Origin: an uncultured euryarchaeote
GTDB lineage: Archaea > Thermoplasmatota > Poseidoniia > Poseidoniales > Poseidoniaceae
NCBI GenBank assembly: GCA_937894115.1
Contig: CALBFP010000001.1
Location: forward strand, 14,245 to 78,244
DNA: 64,000 nt
Direction: 5' to 3'
Shown here: piece after piece, positions 19,369-30,048 of the stretch
Layout: the number at the start of each line of letters is the position of its first letter
How positions within the stretch are numbered: position 1 is the first letter of the stretch
Position numbers and translations under genes: made by a program
The notes under the pieces: generated by a model
Databases searched by the model: none
The model's input: only the letters and a program-made list of their open reading frames with translations
What the model was told of the DNA's origin: nothing

Positions 19369-20979
19369 ATGAGCGATACGACCATCCTTGATGAGACGGA
19401 CCGTACGACAGGTCGCGACGCTCTTCGAAAAAACATTCAGGCTGCAATCGCTCTTGCTGGAGCGGTTCGCTCAACACTGGGGCCAAAAGGCTTGGATAAG
19501 CTGCTCGTCGATGACGAAGGACGAAGCATGGTCACAAACGACGGCATCACCGTACTCGAATCTGCGAAAGTGGAACACCCGATTGCTCACATGCTTATCG
19601 CTTCCAGTGCCGCACAAGATCAAAGCGTTCGAGACGGGACAACAACAACGGTTTTGCTCGCCTCGGAATGGTTGCAGAATGCGTGGCACCTTGTTGTACA
19701 GGGCGTCCATCCAGCAACAATCGCTCGCGGCTTCCGCATGGCTGAATCGTTTTGCAAAGAACACCTGGATGATCTCAGTTTTGAAGCAACCAAGAACGAC
19801 ATTGAAGCTGCAACAATGACCTCGTTGTCGGGGAAACTTCACCAAAAAATACAGTCGATCATTTCAGCATGTGCTGTCGAAGCGGCGGATGCGGTTGCTA
19901 TGGAATCGAACGGTGCGTTTGTTGCCGATCCAACACGGGTCAAAGTCATCACTCGTAGTGGACCGGCGGTTGAAGATTCAAAACTCATCACAGGACTGGC
20001 ACTTCCAAAGAAGCGAGCACATGTTGAAATGCCTTCCTCTTTACCACCTGGCAACATTCTCCTCGTCGATGGTGGTCTCGAACTTCGCTCATTGTCAACG
20101 GACGTTCAACTCAATGTGACATCGACGAGCGCTTTGAAATCTTTTCAAGATGCAGAGCAGCAACGTCTTCTTGACCAAGTGAAGATGCTTGTTGATCTTG
20201 AAATCAAACTTCTTGCTTGTCGAGAGGGTATTGATGACAGCATGCATGCTCATCTTGCAGATGCCGGAATCAAAGCATTTCGCAGGGTTGCAAAAAGCGA
20301 CTTGGAGTTGCTTGCTCGTGGCTGTGGCGCTCGTCTGGTGCCAACAATCCATCAAGCCAAGCAAGCAGATGTTGGAGTCTTTATCTCCAGCAGATGTGAA
20401 CGATGGGGTGATGTCGATCATTGGATACTCGAAACGGATGAAGGTGGTGCAACCTTTGTCGCTTCAGGTAGTACCGATGCCGTGGTTGGTGAGGTTGAAC
20501 GTTGCTTTGCTGATGCACTTGGTGTTGCGTGTCGATTGAAGGAACATCCGAAATTGATTCCTGGCGGTGGTGCAACGTACATTGCCCTCGCTCGTCGATT
20601 GCGACGCTACGCTGAGACGGTCCCTGGCCGTGAACAATTGGCCATAGAAGCGTTTGCTGATGGGCTCGAATCCATTCCACGCATTCTCGCTGAAAATGCT
20701 GGCATGGACCCCATCGATACACTGCTCCAAATCGTATCCATTCAAACGAAAGACGAGGATGATACGATCGGTCTGAATGCAATCACAAGGCAGCCTGAAA
20801 ACATGCGGACATCGCGTGTTGTCGAACCTGTTCGCGTCCTTGAACAGGCAATTTGCGGAGCAAATGAGGCAACAATCGCAATACTGCGCATAGACGATGT
20901 CCTGTGGGCAAAGCAAGAAATCGGCGTACCCGATGATGTTCAAGCCAATCTTGATGGTACTGCTCCAGATCGTCGATAA
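19369..20979 (+). CDS. group II chaperonin (thermosome) subunit, divergent
   Basis: [45 protein letters not shown]. Confidence 0.9.
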   Translation: MSDTTILDETDRTTGRDALRKNIQAAIALAGAVRSTLGPKGLDKLLVDDEGRSMVTNDGITVLESAKVEHPIAHMLIASSAAQDQSVRDGTTTTVLLASEWLQNAWHLVVQGVHPATIARGFRMAESFCKEHLDDLSFEATKNDIEAATMTSLSGKLHQKIQSIISACAVEAADAVAMESNGAFVADPTRVKVITRSGPAVEDSKLITGLALPKKRAHVEMPSSLPPGNILLVDGGLELRSLSTDVQLNVTSTSALKSFQDAEQQRLLDQVKMLVDLEIKLLACREGIDDSMHAHLADAGIKAFRRVAKSDLELLARGCGARLVPTIHQAKQADVGVFISSRCERWGDVDHWILETDEGGATFVASGSTDAVVGEVERCFADALGVACRLKEHPKLIPGGGATYIALARRLRRYAETVPGREQLAIEAFADGLESIPRILAENAGMDPIDTLLQIVSIQTKDEDDTIGLNAITRQPENMRTSRVVEPVRVLEQAICGANEATIAILRIDDVLWAKQEIGVPDDVQANLDGTAPDRR

Positions 20980-21041
20980 GTGTTCATTTTCTGGATTCTT
21001 TAAGAACCAGCCTATAAATATACAAAAATCGCCGGGGGGTT

Positions 21042-22598
21042 ATGACCAACGTTGGTATCGACGACGTAGCGATTCATTTTCCTCGTCTCTACATGGACAT
21101 GAGAGACTTCGCAGAAATGCGCGGTGCCGACTATGGAAAACTGAACAAGGGCCTCGGTCTCAAGGCCATGGCCATCCCTGATGTGCACGAAGATACAGCA
21201 ACGATGGGAGCCATGGCTGTGATGCGTCTTATTGACCGAAACGGTATCGATCCTCGAGACATCGGTCGCATGTATCTCGGCACCGAATCCGCCTTGGATG
21301 GAGCAAAGCCAACTGCGACATACATCCTTGATATGCTAACACAGCGTTATCAAGTTCGTTTTGGGGAAGACTGCTTTCGCAACTGCGATGTCGTTGATAT
21401 GACCTTTGCTTGCATCGGTGCAGTCGACGCACTCCACACAACGCTTGACTGGGCTGCTCGCTCGACTGAGGACGACAACCGAATCGGAATTGTTATTTTC
21501 TCTGACAACGCAAAGTACGACCTTGAATCAAGCGGTGAATACACCCAAGGTGCAGGTGGAGGGGCCCTTCTCATCACGCAAAATCCCCGTCTCCTCGAAA
21601 TTCCAGATTGTTGGGGCGTATCAACTACGCCTGTGCACGATTTTTTCAAGCCTCGACGAAACGTCAGCATTCGCTCCGTCATCTCCAACGTTATGACGCT
21701 CGCTCAAGAAACAGGTCAATCGCTCAAGAAAGGAATCGTTGAACGCATGGTCAAGCATCTACCTGAATCGACCGTACGCCGCCTCGGAATCTTTGCCCAT
21801 GGTGAAGAATCGGTGAGTGTTCACCGAGATGAACCCGTTTTTGATGGACAGTTCTCCAACCGGTGTTACCAACAGGCTGTTCGACAAGCTTTCCATAATT
21901 TTAGTCAGCGAGCAGTAAAACAAAAACGCTGGGATCCTGAACTCGATACTCAATTTACTGAGCAATGGTCTCGCATCATTATGCATCTCCCCTACGCTTT
22001 CCAAGCGAAACGCATGTTCCCTGACGTATTTCGACATGACCGAATGAACACACCGATGTGGCCAGGGGTGGTTGAACAAATCGGTGAACTGCCTGAAAAG
22101 CCTGAAACGGACGACCCCGAAGAAGTGATGGCATGGGACAAGGACATGGATCGATATCGAAGAGCCATTTCAAAAACTCCGGAATACATGGAGTTTCACA
22201 AGGAGCGTATCGAAAAAGGACAACGCGCTTCAAGCCTTATTGGAAATCAATACACAGGATCGATTTTCCTCGCTTTGATGTCCACCTTCGAATCCGATCT
22301 TGAGGACAATTCCAAACTTGAAGGAGAATTGTTCGGCCTTTGTGGATACGGTTCTGGGGCCAAAGCCAAGGTGTTCGAAGGCCGAGTTGCCCCGAAATGG
22401 CGGGAAGTTGTTGCGCGTTGGCAGTTGTTTGAGCGACTTGCTGGACGCGTCGCAATCGATCAAATCACCTATGAAAATCTCCACAAGGGATTGCAAGAAA
22501 ACAGTGTTGTCTCACCACGTGGCGAATTTGCACTTGTCGAAATTGGTGAAGATGGAGCCAATGAAGGGGCGAGAACTTACAAGTGGATTTCTCAGTAA
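21042..22598 (+). CDS. hydroxymethylglutaryl-CoA synthase (bacterial/eukaryote-type)
   Basis: GTESA.D.AK, catalytic FACIG, GEYTQGAG, DFFKP, H.PY, GNQYTGS, YGSG; TATAAATA about 25 nt before the ATG. Confidence 0.9.
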   Translation: MTNVGIDDVAIHFPRLYMDMRDFAEMRGADYGKLNKGLGLKAMAIPDVHEDTATMGAMAVMRLIDRNGIDPRDIGRMYLGTESALDGAKPTATYILDMLTQRYQVRFGEDCFRNCDVVDMTFACIGAVDALHTTLDWAARSTEDDNRIGIVIFSDNAKYDLESSGEYTQGAGGGALLITQNPRLLEIPDCWGVSTTPVHDFFKPRRNVSIRSVISNVMTLAQETGQSLKKGIVERMVKHLPESTVRRLGIFAHGEESVSVHRDEPVFDGQFSNRCYQQAVRQAFHNFSQRAVKQKRWDPELDTQFTEQWSRIIMHLPYAFQAKRMFPDVFRHDRMNTPMWPGVVEQIGELPEKPETDDPEEVMAWDKDMDRYRRAISKTPEYMEFHKERIEKGQRASSLIGNQYTGSIFLALMSTFESDLEDNSKLEGELFGLCGYGSGAKAKVFEGRVAPKWREVVARWQLFERLAGRVAIDQITYENLHKGLQENSVVSPRGEFALVEIGEDGANEGARTYKWISQ

Positions 22599-22627
22599 TT
22601 ATCACGTTGTTTTGCGGATTGGACGTC

Positions 22628-23584
22628 CTACTTTTTTGCCATCCCATCAAGCATCGCTCTGACCATTTTCTGTAGATCAAATTCAGGAATCCAGTTCCAC
22701 TCTTGTTTTGCTACGGAACCATCCAATGAATCGGGCCATGAATCGGCGTATTTTTGGCGAACATCTGGAGAGAACTCGCATTGGAAACCGTCGACTTCCT
22801 TCGCAATTTCATCGGCCAGTTCTTGGGCAGTAAAGGAATAGCAATCAATGTTGTATCCTGCTCTTGAGGACCCAAGATTACCGCTTGGTGCATCCATCAA
22901 CATCAGCGTTGCTCGAATTGCATCGTCCATGTACAGCATCGGTAGTCGAGTATCAGGTCGAACAAAACAGTTGTAGTACCCCTCGTTGATTGCAGCATCG
23001 AAAATCTCCACCGCATAATCGGTCGTGCCACCACCCGCTGGCGCCTTGTACGAGATAAGGCCAGGATATCGAATGCCGCGGGTGTCGACAGCATACTTCT
23101 GAAAATACTCTTGAGCAAGTGATTCACCAGTGACTTTGGTCTCGCCGTACACGGTTGTTGGGTTGAAATCGGTTGTCTGAGGCGCATGTTTTGGTGCATC
23201 AGGGCCAAACACCGCAATCGATGAGGGTGAGAACACGCGCAACGAACACTGCCGTGCAGCCTCCAAGACAGATTTCGTCCCTCCAACATTGACTTGACGA
23301 CACAAATCCGGATTTTGTTCACCTGTTGCCGAAAGCAGTGCAGCGAGGTGATATACCGTACCGACTGCTTCTTGCTTGCACAGCTCAATCATGGACTCGG
23401 TATCCAAAACGTCAAGCACGACATACGGTCCTTGCTCGTTGGATGTTTGTTGTGGTTCAGGACGAATGTCGGAAGCGATCACAGAAGAAGACCCGTGTTT
23501 TTGCCTCAAAGCCTCAACAAGTTCTGTTCCGATTTGCCCCAACGCTCCTGTGACCAGAATCCTATCCCCGCTGGGTTCCGACAT
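22628..23584 (-). CDS. L-threonine 3-dehydrogenase, SDR/epimerase type
   Basis: ILVTGALGQIG, HLAALLSATGE, PSSIAVFG, YGETK, GGGTTDYA, ADSWP. Confidence 0.85.
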   Translation of the reverse strand: MSEPSGDRILVTGALGQIGTELVEALRQKHGSSSVIASDIRPEPQQTSNEQGPYVVLDVLDTESMIELCKQEAVGTVYHLAALLSATGEQNPDLCRQVNVGGTKSVLEAARQCSLRVFSPSSIAVFGPDAPKHAPQTTDFNPTTVYGETKVTGESLAQEYFQKYAVDTRGIRYPGLISYKAPAGGGTTDYAVEIFDAAINEGYYNCFVRPDTRLPMLYMDDAIRATLMLMDAPSGNLGSSRAGYNIDCYSFTAQELADEIAKEVDGFQCEFSPDVRQKYADSWPDSLDGSVAKQEWNWIPEFDLQKMVRAMLDGMAKK

Positions 23585-23692
23585 GAACTACGCTAATTCC
23601 GACGATACTTGAAATTAAAGCACCAACAAAGTCAATCGCCATAGCCAATGTTGATATGGTATGCGCGACGGCTAGAAACCCCGTTGATAGGC

Positions 23693-25315
23693 TTGAGGTA
23701 CGTGATTGTCAGCGGGGGGGTCCTCAGTGGACTGGGCAAAGGTGTTACTGCGAGTAGCATCGGTGTTTTGCTCAAGAGCGCTGGACTGCGGGTCACGTCG
23801 ATCAAAATTGACCCATATCTTAACAGCGATGCGGGAACGATGAGCCCCTTTGAACACGGTGAGGTCTTTGTCCTCGATGACGGTGGTGAGGTCGACCTTG
23901 ACCTCGGCAATTACGAACGATTTCTCGATTTGAACCTCGCTCGAGACAACAATCTTACTACAGGTAAAGTCTACACGAAAGTCCTTGAAGCCGAACGACG
24001 AGGGGATTACCTTGGCAAAACCGTACAAGTTATTCCACACATAACCGATGCGATTCAAGACTGGATCATTGATGTCGCACAACGACCAGCGGACGGGAGT
24101 CAAGAAAGTCCAGACGTTTGCATCATCGAGCTTGGGGGGACGGTTGGTGATATTGAGAGTGCACCCTACCTCGAAGCTCTGCGTCAGTTCCAATTCCGTG
24201 TTGGACGTGAAAACGTCACTTTTGTTCACGTGTCACTGGTACCGGTGATGGGCCCTGTTGGGGAACAAAAAACAAAGCCAACGCAACATACGGTCAAGGA
24301 GTTGATGGGTCTTGGGATCACACCGGATGTTTTGGTGTGTCGTTCAAGCAAACCTCTCAATGAAGAAACCCGAGAAAAACTTGCTGCATTCTGTCACGTT
24401 CATCCACAAGCGGTCTTTTCTACGCATGATGTACCGAACGTCTATCACGTGCCCTTGATGCTTGAAAAGCAAGGTTTCTGCAAGATATTGGACATTGATT
24501 GCACGAAAACAGGAATCCTAGAAGATTGGAAAAAGATGGCATACAGGCTTGATGAATTAACCGAAGACGTTCACATTGCCATGGTTGGAAAGTACACGGG
24601 CCTCTCGGATGCATACCTTTCCGTCATCAAATCGTTGCAGCACGCAGCACTTGCCGTTGGACGCAGATTAACCATCGATTGGATTGAAGCAAGTGATTTG
24701 CTGGATTCCAACAATTCTGATGCATGGGGTGTGCTCCGAAAAGCGAACGGAGTTCTGGTACCAGGTGGGTTTGGAATCCGAGGAATTGAGGGGAAAATAC
24801 TCGCAGCGCAACACGCTCGCGAAAACAACGTTCCCTATCTCGGGATTTGTCTTGGTTTGCAGGTTGCTACCATTGAATTCTGTCGTAACGTTCTCGGCAT
24901 CAAAGATGCAACATCCACCGAATTCGATGCGGATGCAGCCAATCCTGCAGTCATCTTCATGCCAGAAATCTCAAAGACACACCTTGGTGGAACAATGCGT
25001 CTTGGTTCTCGACCAACGCTCTTCCAAGTCGATGATTGTGTCACTAAGCGCTTGTACGGTGGACTCGAATCAATCGATGAACGTCACCGACATCGCTACG
25101 AAATCAATCCAGATCTCGTTGACCAGATTGAGGCGGCAGGACTCAAATTTGTTGGAAAAGATGAAAGCGGACAACGATGTGAGATTTTCGAACTTGAAGG
25201 ACATCCCTATTACGTCGGAGTTCAATACCATCCTGAGTTCAAGTCACGTCCAGGTCGTCCCAGTCCACCGTTCCTTGGCTTGCTGCTCGCCTCAAGCGGT
25301 CAAGCGCTACCTTAA
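23693..25315 (+). CDS. pyrG: CTP synthase
   Basis: [41 protein letters not shown]; probable TTG start at 23693. Confidence 0.97.
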   Translation: MRYVIVSGGVLSGLGKGVTASSIGVLLKSAGLRVTSIKIDPYLNSDAGTMSPFEHGEVFVLDDGGEVDLDLGNYERFLDLNLARDNNLTTGKVYTKVLEAERRGDYLGKTVQVIPHITDAIQDWIIDVAQRPADGSQESPDVCIIELGGTVGDIESAPYLEALRQFQFRVGRENVTFVHVSLVPVMGPVGEQKTKPTQHTVKELMGLGITPDVLVCRSSKPLNEETREKLAAFCHVHPQAVFSTHDVPNVYHVPLMLEKQGFCKILDIDCTKTGILEDWKKMAYRLDELTEDVHIAMVGKYTGLSDAYLSVIKSLQHAALAVGRRLTIDWIEASDLLDSNNSDAWGVLRKANGVLVPGGFGIRGIEGKILAAQHARENNVPYLGICLGLQVATIEFCRNVLGIKDATSTEFDADAANPAVIFMPEISKTHLGGTMRLGSRPTLFQVDDCVTKRLYGGLESIDERHRHRYEINPDLVDQIEAAGLKFVGKDESGQRCEIFELEGHPYYVGVQYHPEFKSRPGRPSPPFLGLLLASSGQALP

Positions 25316-26448
25316 GCATCCAACACGCGAATGACACGTGTGGTTCGATAGCCTTGAAGCAGTTTTACGAAGCGTCGTTGTTGAAACTCCTCGTCGAGTG
25401 AAACGTCGCCGGTATCGATTCGAACACTGGAAAGACCAAGCAGTTTTGATGGTGTGGCAACACCTAAAATCGAATCCAAGCCTATTGCTCTCAAGACTTC
25501 GGGTGAGAGTTGGAGGTTGCCTCGGCCGATAAGGAAACCTTGACCTCCCATTGGCGAGAGAAGAAGCAAACGAGGGCCTTCATAGGTTGCAAGATGATCG
25601 AGCAAGGTGGATTCATTGAGGTCCTGATAAACGGTACCTTTGTGTTGAATATCAATACCAAGAAGCGTTAATTCAAGACCAAGATGCTCACCCATTCTTC
25701 GAAGTGTACCGCCGCTCCCCCACACGACCATCAATTCGGGGTCGTTTTCAACAAGGTTCCCAATGTGATTTGCAAGGCCTTCAATGGTCTCTGCTTCGCT
25801 TGCTCGCTCTACTTGTTCTTTGGCTCCCTGCATGAAGCGTGGACTCGACGGCGTCCATGCCTCTCCATACATGCGGACCTTCCAATCTCCTTGTTGGTAT
25901 CTCTCTTCATCCAAATCCATGACTTCGGTAATGGCAACCATCAAATCGCCTTGAAGAAAGGACAGAAGAACTTCAGCAGCAGCATTTGGCGTGGTAGCAA
26001 AACAACCTGAGTGCATTTTGACACCTGCTGGGACACCGATTAGCGGTGTTTCATTTCCATCGAGAGCATTGACAATGTCTCGCGTCGTGCCATCACCTCC
26101 TGCATACAAGATTGCGTCAACATCCGAGGAAATCAAATCCCGAACAAGAGCTGCAGTATCCTCTGCGGTTGATTCCGATGGGGACGATTGACGTTCTTCG
26201 ATCTCCACACCCTCCAACCAATCGCTTCCCATCCTTCCCGTCCACACCACAAAGGTTGGGTTGACCCCAGTTCGATTGAGGCTTGATTTTTGCAGATCAA
26301 TAAATCTCGTAATGCATTGTTGCATACGTGGACCTGCCCGGTCTACAGCACCTGCTGCGCGGGCTTCTTTTGCCCGACCGTCGCTGCCTTTGAATCCCAA
26401 TCGACCTCCCAAGCCTGCATCAGGATTGACGACAATACCTATCCGCAT
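25312..26448 (-). CDS. ATP-NAD kinase family protein (COG3199-like)
   Basis: [47 protein letters not shown]. Confidence 0.85.
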   Translation of the reverse strand: MRIGIVVNPDAGLGGRLGFKGSDGRAKEARAAGAVDRAGPRMQQCITRFIDLQKSSLNRTGVNPTFVVWTGRMGSDWLEGVEIEERQSSPSESTAEDTAALVRDLISSDVDAILYAGGDGTTRDIVNALDGNETPLIGVPAGVKMHSGCFATTPNAAAEVLLSFLQGDLMVAITEVMDLDEERYQQGDWKVRMYGEAWTPSSPRFMQGAKEQVERASEAETIEGLANHIGNLVENDPELMVVWGSGGTLRRMGEHLGLELTLLGIDIQHKGTVYQDLNESTLLDHLATYEGPRLLLLSPMGGQGFLIGRGNLQLSPEVLRAIGLDSILGVATPSKLLGLSSVRIDTGDVSLDEEFQQRRFVKLLQGYRTTRVIRVLDA

Positions 26449-26462
26449 GGTTGGGCTAGAAT

Positions 26463-27509
26463 CTACTCATTTTCAATGGTTGCTTCCTTGTCTATCCAAC
26501 CAACATCGGTTATCTTGAGCGAAGGCTGGATGGTATAATTGATGCGAACTGCTAGACTTGTGATGATCCAAGCCAAAAGGATGCCAGCAGCAATATCAAT
26601 CAACCAATGGATTGCCAAATAAACGGTACTGAGCGTCACCAAACTGGCAAAGATCGCTGAGAAATGACCGGCTCTTTTGTACCCTGTCTTCCAAAACAAG
26701 AAGGGTAATGCCCACGCAAATGCATTGTGAAGCGAAGGAAAACAGTTGTTGATTGAAGCAATCGCATGAATATAGCCCGATGTATCATCGCAATTTGTGT
26801 ACAGTATTCCACTCGCCTCGTTGTAACTGTACAAATCGCAATGCAAGCTGCTTGTAACCCAAACCTCATTGACAGGTGCGAAGAGATAGAACGGAAGCGC
26901 TGCGAGATATACACCGCACCATGTGAAAGTGAACTTTTTGACCATCTCAGTGTTGTTGCTGATGGAGAATCCGAAGATGCAGCATACGTGCATGAGCGCA
27001 TACAATCCAACGTAAACCGTAACCATAGCAGTGTCCATCCAAGCAGATCGCAATCGCTCCTGGATGTCTGGAACGATGTTTCCTTCAATTGAATACACAA
27101 GGGGCGTCAAGTCGTATCCCAACCATTCGTTGAAAGGAACATCAAAGACGTTCTCAATGCGCATCAAGAGCATTACAAGCCCAGTGATGATCAGATAAGG
27201 TGCATGGCGATGGAGGTTGTGAAGGATCCTTCGGAGGCGGGGGTGGTCTTTGACCAATCGATCCAATGGATTGAACAAAAGTTCGAAGAGAATGGGTGTC
27301 GTTAGCATAATTGTGTATGCTTTAGTGACGGGGTCTCTGAACCCCATCAGTCGAAACGTGCGGCTTAGATCGCCTTGAGTCAACGCACCAACAAACAAGA
27401 GGGCCATCATACCCAGCAGGAGGAAAACGCCGTTGTAAGATACTGGTGGCACCGAGGAATCCACCTCTTGAGAGGTGCCGCGTTCAACGGTTGTGTTTTC
27501 TTGCTCCAT
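26463..27509 (-). CDS. PAP2-family (AUR1/IPC-synthase-like) membrane protein
   Basis: DLTP.VY.IEG, PFYLFAPV, NCFPSLH, YLAIHWLIDI.AG; paralogue of 148..2238. Confidence 0.8.
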   Translation of the reverse strand: MEQENTTVERGTSQEVDSSVPPVSYNGVFLLLGMMALLFVGALTQGDLSRTFRLMGFRDPVTKAYTIMLTTPILFELLFNPLDRLVKDHPRLRRILHNLHRHAPYLIITGLVMLLMRIENVFDVPFNEWLGYDLTPLVYSIEGNIVPDIQERLRSAWMDTAMVTVYVGLYALMHVCCIFGFSISNNTEMVKKFTFTWCGVYLAALPFYLFAPVNEVWVTSSLHCDLYSYNEASGILYTNCDDTSGYIHAIASINNCFPSLHNAFAWALPFLFWKTGYKRAGHFSAIFASLVTLSTVYLAIHWLIDIAAGILLAWIITSLAVRINYTIQPSLKITDVGWIDKEATIENE

Positions 27510-27612
27510 TCTGGTTCAGGCTTTAGGATGATGGCTATATGTTTCATGGTCTAATTCTAGACTTGCAACCAATTTACCGATGATTTCAAGTCGGTGACAA
27601 GGATGGGAGATT

Positions 27613-27909
27613 ATGGTCAAAAGGACGGTGCCAGACAAAATTAATCTCGATGAACTCATGAAAGAAAGCATGAAAGAAATGGGAAAAGGCGAGGCAACAG
27701 GGCCCACTGAAATTGAAAAGAAGGTTGCTGATAAACCGCAACCTGAGCAAACGAAACCGCAATTTGGGTTCAAACTCGGCCAAGTAAAAACACCGGACTC
27801 TTTTGTTGTCGCTCCTAAGGAAGAGAAGCCAAAACAAGAAGTCAAACAACAGGTCATTCTTGAACGACCGTCGCAAGGATTGGATGACGACATCGTTGTC
27901 GATTGGTAA
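27613..27909 (+). CDS. small, charged, probably disordered hypothetical protein
   Basis: 98-aa ORF with GGGAG RBS filling the intergenic space; K/E/P/Q-rich, ends DDDIVVDW. Confidence 0.55.
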   Translation: MVKRTVPDKINLDELMKESMKEMGKGEATGPTEIEKKVADKPQPEQTKPQFGFKLGQVKTPDSFVVAPKEEKPKQEVKQQVILERPSQGLDDDIVVDW

Positions 27910-27965
27910 ATTCGAGCGTCGCATTCATGAACAGGACCGTCGAGGCTTGGACAGGAGGCAGCCCC

Positions 27966-29993
27966 ATGTCGATGGTCAACATCACTCTTCCAGATGGAAC
28001 AATCAACGAATACGCAGCAGGTGTTACTGCTGGCGAAGTCGTCATTGATGCCTTGGGAAAGAAGCATGGCTGTCTCGCAGCACGTGTCAACGCTGTCCAA
28101 TGCGACTTTTCTACCCCGATTACCGACGACTGCAGCATCGAAGGTATTTCTGCTCAGAGCGATGAAGGCATGTACATTCTTCGCCACAGCGCAGCTCATC
28201 TCTTGGCGCAAGCCATGTCGGAACTCTACCCCGATGCGAAACCAACCATCGGACCTCCAGTCGACAGAGGATTCTACTACGATTTTGCCATGGAACCGAT
28301 TGGCGAAAGTGACTTGAAACCAATCGAAAAGAAAATGAATGAGATCGCACGACGCAATCTCGCCATCGAACGCATTGAGTTGGATGATAAGGAACTTCGA
28401 GAGCATTTTACATCAAATCCCTACAAGATTGAGATTATTGAAGACAAATTGGAAGTCGGTGAAGGATCGACGATTTACAAACAAGGTGAATGGTACGACC
28501 TTTGTCTTGGTCCGCACGTTGCGAGTACTGCGAAACTGATGTTCTGCAGACTGACATCCGTTTCTTCTGCGTATTGGCGCGGTGACCAGTCGCGTGAGCA
28601 GTTGGTACGAATTTACGGTATTGTTGAACCAACCAAAGAATCTCTTAAGGCAACCTTGAATCGAATGGAGCAAGCAAAACTTCGTGATCACAGGAAACTT
28701 GGCAAGGACTTGCAATTGTTTCATGTGGATGAAGAGGTTGGTCAAGGTTTGATCCTGTGGACGCCTCGAGGAGCAATTGTCCGCCAACAATTGCAAGATT
28801 TCATCTCAGAACACCTTCGCAGACAAGGCTACGATCAAGTGTTTACGCCACACATTGGAAAACTCGATTTGTATCGAACCTCGGGCCACTTTCCCTATTA
28901 TCAAGACAGTCAGTACCCACCTCTTGTTGAACGCGATTTGATGAAGAAACTCGCCGATGAAGGGTGCTCATGTTCAGAGTTGTCAAACATGATGAGCACT
29001 GGCGACATTGACGGTTACATGCTGAAACCAATGAACTGCCCGCATCACGTCAAAATTTACGCATCTCAAGCAAGATCGTATCGCGATTTACCACTGCGTC
29101 TTGCCGAATTTGGTACCGTTTATCGTTGGGAGCAATCCGGCGAAATATCGGGTATGACTCGGGTTCGTGGATTCACACAAGACGATGCGCACCTGTTTGT
29201 GACCGAAGAGCAAATTGGTGAAGAGGTCATGGGCTGCATCGAGTTGGTTCAAACCATTTTCAGCGTTCTAGGAATGCACGATTATCGTGTTCGTGTTGGA
29301 CTTCGCGACCCGAACAGCGACAAATATGTCGGTGATTCGAAACGCTGGGATTTGGCCGAAGAGGCGTGTCGTTCCGCCGCTGCGAAACTTGGTGTCAATT
29401 GGTCTGAAGAAGAAGGCGAAGCTGCATTCTATGGCCCGAAAATTGACTTCGTTGTAAAGGACGTTATTGGACGAGAATGGCAACTGGGAACGGTCCAAGT
29501 GGACTACAACCTACCAGAACGATTCGATTTGTGGTACAAAGGAAGCGACGGTGAAAACCATCGTCCTGTCATGATTCACCGAGCACCTTTTGGATCCATG
29601 GAGCGTTTTTGTGGCGTCCTTATCGAACATTTTGCGGGAAAATTCCCCACGTGGTTGTCACCAACACAGGTTCACATTCTTACCATCTCAGAGAAGCACA
29701 AGCAGTATGCGGCTGATGTCGCCCAGCGATTGAAAGAACAGGGTGTCCGTGTCAAAGTCGACGATGGTGACGATACCATCGGAAAGAAAATTCGAACGCA
29801 TCGCAAAATGCGTCCCGCCTACATGATGATTCTCGGTGACGGTGAAATGAACAACAATTGCGTTTCTCTTCGCTCTCGGACAGGTGCTCAAGTTTCGGAT
29901 GTTCCGGTTGACCAATTCGTCCAAGATTTGGTTGCAGAAATCGAAACGAAGTTGGCGACACCCGAACTGGTTCCTGAGCCTGTAGAAAACTGA
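27966..29993 (+). CDS. thrS: threonine--tRNA ligase (bacterial-type)
   Basis: TGS domain ITLPDG, editing motifs RHSAAH and DLC.GPH, RDHRKLG, KPMNCPHH, RVRGFTQDDAH, FYGPKID, IHRAPFGSMERF; AGGAGG RBS before ATG 27966. Confidence 0.97.
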   Translation: MSMVNITLPDGTINEYAAGVTAGEVVIDALGKKHGCLAARVNAVQCDFSTPITDDCSIEGISAQSDEGMYILRHSAAHLLAQAMSELYPDAKPTIGPPVDRGFYYDFAMEPIGESDLKPIEKKMNEIARRNLAIERIELDDKELREHFTSNPYKIEIIEDKLEVGEGSTIYKQGEWYDLCLGPHVASTAKLMFCRLTSVSSAYWRGDQSREQLVRIYGIVEPTKESLKATLNRMEQAKLRDHRKLGKDLQLFHVDEEVGQGLILWTPRGAIVRQQLQDFISEHLRRQGYDQVFTPHIGKLDLYRTSGHFPYYQDSQYPPLVERDLMKKLADEGCSCSELSNMMSTGDIDGYMLKPMNCPHHVKIYASQARSYRDLPLRLAEFGTVYRWEQSGEISGMTRVRGFTQDDAHLFVTEEQIGEEVMGCIELVQTIFSVLGMHDYRVRVGLRDPNSDKYVGDSKRWDLAEEACRSAAAKLGVNWSEEEGEAAFYGPKIDFVVKDVIGREWQLGTVQVDYNLPERFDLWYKGSDGENHRPVMIHRAPFGSMERFCGVLIEHFAGKFPTWLSPTQVHILTISEKHKQYAADVAQRLKEQGVRVKVDDGDDTIGKKIRTHRKMRPAYMMILGDGEMNNNCVSLRSRTGAQVSDVPVDQFVQDLVAEIETKLATPELVPEPVEN

Positions 29994-30048
29994 TGTTCTC
30001 TTCGACTCAATTCGCATTCCATAAAAGGAAGCAAGGTGTGGCAAACGC

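Noticed and set aside
27516-28406. 296-aa minus-strand ORF and the many other overlapping ORFs in the track
   Set aside because: Antisense or frame shadows of well-supported genes (here thrS), with no recognisable motifs.
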